Below are positions 47,978 through 55,010 of a stretch of 55,010 nt of DNA, piece by piece. Origin of the DNA: Candidatus Delongbacteria bacterium. Lineage in GTDB: Bacteria; UBA4055. The DNA is taken from positions 1 to 55,010 of the forward strand of contig JAFGVM010000006.1 of NCBI GenBank assembly GCA_016937995.1, written 5' to 3'. Numbering within the stretch: position 1 is the first letter of the stretch; every line of letters starts with the position of its first letter. A program made the position numbers and the translations under genes. The notes under the pieces were generated by a model. That model searched no databases, was not told the origin of the DNA, and saw only the letters and a list, made by a program, of their open reading frames with translations.

Positions 47978-49069
47978 TTAAAAAAAAAGAGAATGAATTT
48001 TATTTATCATTTTTTGATCAATAATATTTTCAAAATAAACCGCAAATTTAATATCAGAGATCTCGACCGCAATTATATTTGAGACCTCTTTAATAAAGTT
48101 GTGCATTTTATCAAGTGCCACTTTATCCGATCTTGTACCGCTTCCTACAACCGTCAGGGAGTAGCATCTTTCAAAAGTCGAATTTTCATCTTCGAAAATA
48201 ATTATTTTCGAGTCCCCGAAAGTCTGGAATAATTTAACTTTATCCAAACAGGAAAAGTCTGTGTCCTCTGATGCCGTGTTGAGCTTATACACAAGTTTAT
48301 CATTGTAAACAAGAGCAGTGTACTTGTTCTTATTGAGAACATCTTTGGAAATAATAGTTCCCATGTATCCGTTTGAACTTAGACCTGTAAAGATCTTAAT
48401 TCCAAGTCTTTTTGCATATTCAACAGCTGAATCCTTTAGAACTTTCGCACCTGATGAAGATATTTCCAGCATTGTATCATAATCCAGTTCTTTTATCAAA
48501 TTAGCATCAGGAATTACCTTTGGATCAGAAGAATATACACCTATTACATCACTGTAAATTTCGCAATGATCAGCATTTAAAGCTGCTGTAACTGCCACTG
48601 CGGTCGTATCAGATCCCCCTCTTCCAAGAGTAGTGATCTCTTTATTTATGCTTACACCCTGAAATCCTGCGATCACCGGGATCCTTCCTTCTTCAAGAGC
48701 CTGTTTCAAACGATCACCCTTAATCTCCAAAATACGGGCATTACGGTGATTACAATCTGTAATAAGTCCGATCTGAGAACCTGTGAAAGATCTTGCAAGA
48801 CCGGGTTTTATTGAATTTATGGCAATGCTCATAAGAGAAATTGATTCTCTCTCTCCGATAGAAACAAGCATATCCAGCTCTCTTGGGTCAGGAACGGTTG
48901 AAAGTTCAAAAGCTTTATCCTGCAGTTTATTTGTGGTATTCCCTGCTGCAGAAACAACAAGTACAAGCTTGTCACCATTTAAGTATCTAGCGACAACCCT
49001 TTCAGCAATAGCCTTGATCTTATCAGGAGAATCAAGGCTTGAACCACCATATTTTTGGACTACTAACAT
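47978..49069 (-). CDS. lysC: Aspartate kinase with a shortened, divergent regulatory C-terminus
   Basis: VQKYGGSS, VVSAAG, AGFQG, TTLGRGGSDTTA, SDPK, GAKVL. Confidence 0.88.
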   Translation of the reverse strand: MLVVQKYGGSSLDSPDKIKAIAERVVARYLNGDKLVLVVSAAGNTTNKLQDKAFELSTVPDPRELDMLVSIGERESISLMSIAINSIKPGLARSFTGSQIGLITDCNHRNARILEIKGDRLKQALEEGRIPVIAGFQGVSINKEITTLGRGGSDTTAVAVTAALNADHCEIYSDVIGVYSSDPKVIPDANLIKELDYDTMLEISSSGAKVLKDSAVEYAKRLGIKIFTGLSSNGYMGTIISKDVLNKNKYTALVYNDKLVYKLNTASEDTDFSCLDKVKLFQTFGDSKIIIFEDENSTFERCYSLTVVGSGTRSDKVALDKMHNFIKEVSNIIAVEISDIKFAVYFENIIDQKMINKIHSLFF

Positions 49070-49119
49070 ATTTTACCCTGTAAAGATGAGAACATTCCGT
49101 GTTGAAAGTTGAATATTGG

Positions 49120-50151
49120 TTATTCCCAGTCAAGGATCACCTTTCCGCAATTGCCTGATTCCATTATATCAAAGCCTTTCTGGAAATCATCGACCTTGAA
49201 GTGATGAGTGATTATAGGTGATAGGTCAAGACCTGCGATCAACATCTGTTCCATTTTATACCATGTCTCAAACATCTCTCTTCCGTATATACCTTTTAAT
49301 GTTATTGCTTTAAAAATAATGTCACTCCAGGCAACTTTAGTATCTGAAGGTAAAATACCGAGAAGAGAAATACTAGAACCGTTATACATATTCTCGATCA
49401 TATCATTGAAGGCAATAGGTGAACCTGACATTTCAAGTCCCACATCGAATCCCACCATTCCAAGCTCATGCATAACATCTTTTATTTTTGTATTCATAGG
49501 ATTAATAGCCCTAGTCGCACCCATTTTTCTTGCGATCTCAAGTCTGTATTCACTAATATCAGTTACTACGATATGTCTAGCACCTGCAAATCTTGCGATC
49601 GCGACAGCCATACTACCGATCAAACCGGCTCCGGTAATAAGAACATCCTCACCGATCAATGGGAACGAAAGAGCAGTATGGGCAGCATTACCGAATGGGT
49701 CCATTATTGCAAGATAATCATCAGGGATACTTTTATTTATTTTCATTACATTTTCAGCAGGTACTTTTACATATTCAGCAAAACAACCGTTTATATTCAC
49801 ACCGATTCCAACAGTGTTCTCACAGACATGTTTTTTCCCTCTCCTGCAATTTCTGCAATGTCCACAGGCAATATGACCTTCTCCGGTTACTCTTTCTCCG
49901 ATCTTGAAATTTGTCACACCTGCTCCCATTTTCGCTACGGTACCTACATATTCATGACCGATAGTCATTGGAACAGGGATAGTTCTCTGAGACCATTCAT
50001 CCCATTTATAGATATGAAGATCAGTTCCGCATATCGCGGTCTTCTTAATTTTAATAAGGATATCATTTATTCCGATCTCAGGAATGTCAACTTCCTGCAT
50101 CCATAGACCTTTTTCAGGTTTTGCCTTCACCAATGCTTTCATTTTAGCCAT
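49120..50151 (-). CDS. tdh: L-threonine 3-dehydrogenase
   Basis: [52 protein letters not shown]. Confidence 0.96.
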   Translation of the reverse strand: MAKMKALVKAKPEKGLWMQEVDIPEIGINDILIKIKKTAICGTDLHIYKWDEWSQRTIPVPMTIGHEYVGTVAKMGAGVTNFKIGERVTGEGHIACGHCRNCRRGKKHVCENTVGIGVNINGCFAEYVKVPAENVMKINKSIPDDYLAIMDPFGNAAHTALSFPLIGEDVLITGAGLIGSMAVAIARFAGARHIVVTDISEYRLEIARKMGATRAINPMNTKIKDVMHELGMVGFDVGLEMSGSPIAFNDMIENMYNGSSISLLGILPSDTKVAWSDIIFKAITLKGIYGREMFETWYKMEQMLIAGLDLSPIITHHFKVDDFQKGFDIMESGNCGKVILDWE

Positions 50152-50354
50152 TATTTCCTCTGTGTAGATTTGTTATTAAAGAATAGACAATATATTTTCT
50201 ATATATAACAAAATCAATGAAATATTTATCAAATAAAACTAAAAATAAATTACTGGCATTTGAGCAAAAGGTCACTATTTGACCGGGTAAGAGTGTTATC
50301 TTGGTAGTGATCACTGACCACTAAATCATTATACTAAGAAGGAGAAGTAAAATC

Positions 50355-51884
50355 ATGATATCAAAGATAAGATCAGCTGCAGTGCTTGGGTTGGATGCTT
50401 TTGAGATAGAGGTGGAGACGCATCTTGAAAGAGGATTGCCGGGTCTGTCAATAGTCGGGCTGCCCGATACTGCAGTAAAAGAGAGCAAGGATAGAATTAA
50501 TGCAGCAATTAAAAATTCGGCTTATGATTTTCCTGTGAAAAGGATAATAATTAATTTGGCCCCGGCAGATATAAAAAAGGAGGGGTCGTCATACGATCTT
50601 CCGATCGCGATAGCTATTCTTACGGCTTCAGATCAGATAGAGAATAAAAACATAAACGATTATATATTTCTCGGAGAATTGGCACTGGACGGTGTTCTCA
50701 GACCGATCAAAGGAGCTTTACCAATTGCAATTCTGGGGGAATTAAAAAATTACAAAGGGATCATTCTGCCAAAGGAAAATGCTTATGAAGCAGCAGTAAT
50801 AGGTGGTGTGGATATTTTGCCTGCAGAGAGTTTAAAACAGGTCGTAAATTTCATCAATGGTGATGAGAAGATAGAGCCTTTAAAGATCAATATCGAAGAT
50901 ATGTTCGAGGAATTTAACAAGTGGGATATAGATTTTTATGAGGTTAAAGGTCAGTATCATGTGAAAAGAGCTTTGGAAATAGCTGCGGCCGGAGGTCACA
51001 ATCTGATCATGATCGGACCACCCGGAAGCGGGAAATCCATGCTTTCGAAAAGATTTGCAACGATACTGCCAAATATGACCTTACCGGAAGCTCTGGAAAC
51101 AACAAAAATATACTCTGTTGCAGGTTTATTACCTCATAATAAAGCTCTCATGGCTACAAGGCCGTTCAGGTCTCCCCATCATTCCATTTCTGATGCAGCG
51201 CTGGTCGGAGGAGGCAGAATACCAAAACCCGGAGAAATAAGTCTTGCCCATCACGGGGTTCTGTTCCTGGATGAATTACCAGAATTTAAGAAAAATGTGC
51301 TTGAAGTGATGAGACAGCCGTTGGAAGATAGAGAAGTTACGATAGCAAGAGCGGCATCAACTCTAAAATTTCCCGCAAGCTTTGTTATGGTCGCTGCTAT
51401 GAATCCCTGCCCATGTGGATATTACGGTGATCCGAGCAGAGATTGTACTTGCGGAGCATCCAAGATCAAAAGTTATTTGAGTAAAATTTCCGGACCTTTG
51501 TTAGACAGGATAGATATTCATATTGAAGTCCCTGCGGTAAAATATGATGAACTTGCACAGAAAGAGGATGGTGAAAAAAGTGAAGATATCAGAAAACGGG
51601 TGATCTTTGCCAGAGAGATCCAATTGAAAAGATATGCTGACCTGGATATTTTTTCCAATGCTTCAATGAATCAAAAACATATTAAAAAATATTGTCAGCT
51701 GGATACTGCATCAGAGAAGATCCTGAAAAGAGCGATCGAGTCATTGTCTTTATCAGCAAGGGCATACAACAGGATTCTAAAAGTGTCACGAACGATAGCT
51801 GATCTTGATGGAAAGACCGATATTGAGATCACTCATGTAAGCGAGGCTATTCAATATCGCAGTCTGGACCGTAAATATATTTAA
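50355..51884 (+). CDS. comM: YifB/ComM family Mg-chelatase-like AAA+ ATPase
   Basis: IVGLPD, INLAPAD, GPPGSGKS, RSPHH, LFLDE, NPCPCG, SGPLLDRID, SARAY. Confidence 0.92.
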   Translation: MISKIRSAAVLGLDAFEIEVETHLERGLPGLSIVGLPDTAVKESKDRINAAIKNSAYDFPVKRIIINLAPADIKKEGSSYDLPIAIAILTASDQIENKNINDYIFLGELALDGVLRPIKGALPIAILGELKNYKGIILPKENAYEAAVIGGVDILPAESLKQVVNFINGDEKIEPLKINIEDMFEEFNKWDIDFYEVKGQYHVKRALEIAAAGGHNLIMIGPPGSGKSMLSKRFATILPNMTLPEALETTKIYSVAGLLPHNKALMATRPFRSPHHSISDAALVGGGRIPKPGEISLAHHGVLFLDELPEFKKNVLEVMRQPLEDREVTIARAASTLKFPASFVMVAAMNPCPCGYYGDPSRDCTCGASKIKSYLSKISGPLLDRIDIHIEVPAVKYDELAQKEDGEKSEDIRKRVIFAREIQLKRYADLDIFSNASMNQKHIKKYCQLDTASEKILKRAIESLSLSARAYNRILKVSRTIADLDGKTDIEITHVSEAIQYRSLDRKYI

Positions 51885-51951
51885 TTGTGGAATATGCTTC
51901 ATAATTCTATTATATTATGCGTAATAGTCTAATGTTGTCAAAATACAGGGG

Positions 51952-53034
51952 ATGAATATGAAGAGTTTTAGAATGAATGATGGATTTTTTTTAATACTGC
52001 TGCTGCTGCTATCCATTGCATTTTTAAAATTAATAGGAATATTTATTATTGATATTTTTCTGGCAGTAGTGCTTTTCATTATATTCAGAAAACCTTATGC
52101 ATATTTCTTAAAAAAGACAAAAAGCAAGAAAAAAGCATCTCTTATAACTGTTCTGATCGTTTTTTTAATTGTTACTATTCCTCTGTTCTTTGTGGGTACG
52201 ATGGTTTCCATTGAAGCTACAGATAACTACCAGAAACTGAAAGCCAATCTTCCTGAATTTCAGCAAATGCTCTCTGTTGAGTCAGTTAAAGGATATGCTC
52301 TAAAAATTCCATATGTCGGAGAAAAATTAGCCGAGCAGGTCCAGGCCATTGATTTTGAGCAGATAAGGAAAATGAGCTCAGACACAATAATGTCCGTAAG
52401 TACTTACATTTTCAAATTGATACAGGCGGTTTTCTTTAATTTGACGTCATTTTTCATGCATTTATTTATTACTCCGTTCCTGTTATTCTATTTGTTCTAT
52501 GATGGTAAAAAACTTGTGACCAAGATAAGAAGTGTATCACCTTTTGATAGAAATGATGAGAAAAAAGGGATGGATGAACTGGTAAAGATAACGGATACGA
52601 TCGTTATTTATACATTTTTAATTGGAGTTCTTGAAGGTATTTACGGTGGATTTCTCTTTGCTCTTTGTGGTATTGGTTCACCTTTCTTTTGGGGAATACT
52701 TATGGTGATCTTATCCATGATACCGGTAGTAGGAGCGAACACAATTATTATTCCCGCAGCGGTTATTCAGCTGATCATGGGGAATTATATCAGTGGTTTC
52801 GTTCTGCTATTTTTGGGAGCAGGATTGATCGTCATTAATCAGAATATTTTAAAACCTAAATTAACAGGTGACAGAACAGGACTGCATCCGGTACTGATGT
52901 TCATTTCAAGCTTAGGTGGTATTGCTTGGCTTGGAATAGTTGGTTTTCTTGTAGGACCACTGATAGCGGCATTGTTCATTGTAGCATGGAGTCAATATGC
53001 AATTAAGTTCAAATCAGAGACTATAACATACTAG
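51952..53034 (+). CDS. AI-2E family (UPF0118) transporter
   Basis: Multi-TM; IPVVG, ILKPKL..G.HP...SSLGG...G..G..GP motif. Confidence 0.9.
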   Translation: MNMKSFRMNDGFFLILLLLLSIAFLKLIGIFIIDIFLAVVLFIIFRKPYAYFLKKTKSKKKASLITVLIVFLIVTIPLFFVGTMVSIEATDNYQKLKANLPEFQQMLSVESVKGYALKIPYVGEKLAEQVQAIDFEQIRKMSSDTIMSVSTYIFKLIQAVFFNLTSFFMHLFITPFLLFYLFYDGKKLVTKIRSVSPFDRNDEKKGMDELVKITDTIVIYTFLIGVLEGIYGGFLFALCGIGSPFFWGILMVILSMIPVVGANTIIIPAAVIQLIMGNYISGFVLLFLGAGLIVINQNILKPKLTGDRTGLHPVLMFISSLGGIAWLGIVGFLVGPLIAALFIVAWSQYAIKFKSETITY

Positions 53035-53044
53035 AATATAAAAA

Positions 53045-54805
53045 TTGAAAGCTGTTATAAAAAACATATTACCTTCATTGCTGATAGTCTGGCTGATATT
53101 TGTAATAGAACTGTTAATTTCAGATCTGGATTTTGGAGTTTATTCAGAAGCATACTGGTCGAATCAGCTGAAGATATTTATTGCTTACACTATTCTCGGA
53201 GCGCTGGTCGGAGGAATAAGTGCAGGTATTATTACGACAAAGAAGAAAAAATATGTCAGCTATTTAGAAAATAATTTAAATAAACAGATAATCTCGGTAT
53301 TAAAAAATGTAGCGTATTCTCTTTTGATGTTTTTCATTTTGGTAAGCAGGGAAGTGATCAATCAGCCGGCATTTTACAAATCAACTTTATTGAATGAAAA
53401 TTTCTGGTTCAGCTCATTGTTCAGATTTTTAGTGAATAATTTCTCTCCACTGTACTTTACTATATTTTTGACGGTCATACTTGGTATGTTCATCCATAAT
53501 ATTTACAGAAAACTATCAGTTCATGACGGGATCTCCAGATTTGCAGGATATATATTATCTATAGGTGGTATCCTGCTCATTATGTTCAACTACGGTTGGG
53601 CGAATGCGGATGAATATGTTCATAAAAACGTTCTATTCATAGGAATAAAGAACCTTAAGAACGGACAGCTCAGCAGAACTTCTTTAAAAGATCTTAACGG
53701 GTTCAATGAAATTATTTCAACAAGTTATAACTTTGAGAACTGTTTTGCTCTGTCAAATCATCCTCAGGCAGCAGTAATATCACTTTTAAGTTCACACCAT
53801 CCTGAAAAGTATGGATTTTTAGACGGGATCGCACCTTACGGTCTTGAAGATAATACGATCTTATCTTATTTAAATAAAAATTATGATTTTAACACATCTT
53901 TCATTTCTGATAAAGAGTTTGCGTTTACGGATCATAAAAGCTTAAATAATCTGTTATTCCATAAACCTGACAACGAGGAAATTATCAGGGCAATGACAGT
54001 TAATGAGCACAGCATGTTACCTGTTACTATTAATAATAAACTGTTCATTAATTTTTTTAATGAGATATTTTATCTTAGCGGTTATCAGGATAGAACATAT
54101 ATTGAAAACAAGTTCATAAGCAGGATAAAAAAGAAAGGAAAACCGTTCGGTTCAGTTTATATCCTGTCAGACAATAATAAAAATTTACCATATCCATATT
54201 ATAAAATGATCCAAAATGAGAGTTTTGAAAAAGCTTACTTGACTTATCTGGACGATGAATTACAAAATATAATTTCAATTTTGAAAAGCACAAAAAAATA
54301 CGATAATACAATAATAGTACTTTTCGGTATTCCGGATAGTAAAAAAGGCCTAAAGAACCTGTCATACAAAATACCTCTGTTCATCAGTAATCCTGAATTT
54401 AAAAATGAAAGTATAGTGCATAATAATTATACTGTAAATGACATTGTCCCTTCAATTCTAGATCTTATGAAAAATCCGAAATCTTCAAAATTTGAAGGTG
54501 TATCATTGTTTGAACCTGAGTTTAAGATACAGGATATTATATTGACCGACTGGCAGAATTCAGACCAAAATCTCAACTCACCTCTTATCCCTAGAGCTTT
54601 GATCAGAGGTGATTATAAGTTAAATATTAAACCATTGAGCAGTAGTATCAATTACGAGCTTTACGACATTAAGCTAGATCCTTTTGAGAAAACAGAATTG
54701 AGTTTTTCGAAGAAAAGAATATTGAACCGAATGATTCAGATCTACGAAGATAAACTCGAAGATGAATTCGGGTGTAAGGTCATCAACGGTTATGCGTTTA
54801 GGTAG
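53045..54805 (+). CDS. Membrane protein with a C-terminal sulfatase/alkaline-phosphatase-fold domain (degenerate active site)
   Basis: About 5 N-terminal TMs; KNVLFIGI, NTIIVLFG, KIPLFI, DIVPSILDL, GVSL, ELYDIKLDPFE. Confidence 0.72.
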   Translation: MKAVIKNILPSLLIVWLIFVIELLISDLDFGVYSEAYWSNQLKIFIAYTILGALVGGISAGIITTKKKKYVSYLENNLNKQIISVLKNVAYSLLMFFILVSREVINQPAFYKSTLLNENFWFSSLFRFLVNNFSPLYFTIFLTVILGMFIHNIYRKLSVHDGISRFAGYILSIGGILLIMFNYGWANADEYVHKNVLFIGIKNLKNGQLSRTSLKDLNGFNEIISTSYNFENCFALSNHPQAAVISLLSSHHPEKYGFLDGIAPYGLEDNTILSYLNKNYDFNTSFISDKEFAFTDHKSLNNLLFHKPDNEEIIRAMTVNEHSMLPVTINNKLFINFFNEIFYLSGYQDRTYIENKFISRIKKKGKPFGSVYILSDNNKNLPYPYYKMIQNESFEKAYLTYLDDELQNIISILKSTKKYDNTIIVLFGIPDSKKGLKNLSYKIPLFISNPEFKNESIVHNNYTVNDIVPSILDLMKNPKSSKFEGVSLFEPEFKIQDIILTDWQNSDQNLNSPLIPRALIRGDYKLNIKPLSSSINYELYDIKLDPFEKTELSFSKKRILNRMIQIYEDKLEDEFGCKVINGYAFR

Positions 54806-54901
54806 TCTAAAATGCTATATATTTGCTATATGTCAAAGCATTCGGACCCATAGATGATAAAGTCGGTGCTTTTTGCCAATGTTGTTGGTTAGTGCACTAT
54901 T

Positions 54902-55010
54902 TTACCCGTGACTATTGATATACTCCATTGCTGCATGAACAAGAAAACCCGAACGAGTCTCACCTTCTTTTTTAGCAAAACTGTCAAACTTTGATAACAG
55001 ACGTTCAGGG
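54902..55010 (-). CDS. hicB: HicB-family antitoxin, C-terminal ribbon-helix-helix (partial; not in the ORF track)
   Basis: Minus strand reads PERLLSKFDSFAKKEGETRSGFLVHAAMEYINSHG*, matching the HicB C-terminal pattern P..LL..ID..A.....TRS.FL..AA. Confidence 0.72.
   Translation of the reverse strand, partial: PERLLSKFDSFAKKEGETRSGFLVHAAMEYINSHG

Noticed and set aside
50260-50330. Structured RNA between tdh and comM (ggtca-ctatt-tgacc; gtgatcactgaccac)
   Set aside because: Short weak hairpins with no recognisable riboswitch consensus; more likely degraded REP-like sequence in a divergent promoter region.
50355-51884. Mobile element integrated in comM (a known hotspot)
   Set aside because: The gene is full-length and uninterrupted.

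Overview
AT-rich bacterial chromosomal segment spanning the replication origin: dnaA-(oriC)-dnaN-recF-dciA-gyrB on the minus strand. Gene types (Bacteroidota-type PurM, PyrF and ParC; PorV- and PorZ-like proteins; clear Shine-Dalgarno sites) suggest an FCB-group organism, possibly a candidate lineage; this is an inference. Most genes are housekeeping: pyrD, purM, maf, pnp, punA, dapB, lysC, tdh, parC, pyrF, comM. Notable content: (i) a membrane class III cyclase with an extracytoplasmic TPR / 3x Cys-less thioredoxin-fold / TPR region, followed by a kinase-less 3xPASTA protein and an outer-membrane barrel; (ii) a nearby secreted TPR-PASTA chimera; (iii) a non-RD Ser/Thr kinase-P-loop NTPase-helical repeat protein; (iv) a Moco-family riboswitch apparently lacking P3 ahead of moaA-moaC-MOSC-MOSC/mogA; (v) an oriC with a DnaA-box/GC/DnaA-trio unwinding motif; (vi) many short REP-like and heptamer repeats, one with a perfect 23-bp flanking duplication. 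No rRNA, tRNA, CRISPR array or transposase was seen. All calls come from reading motifs by eye; no searches were run.
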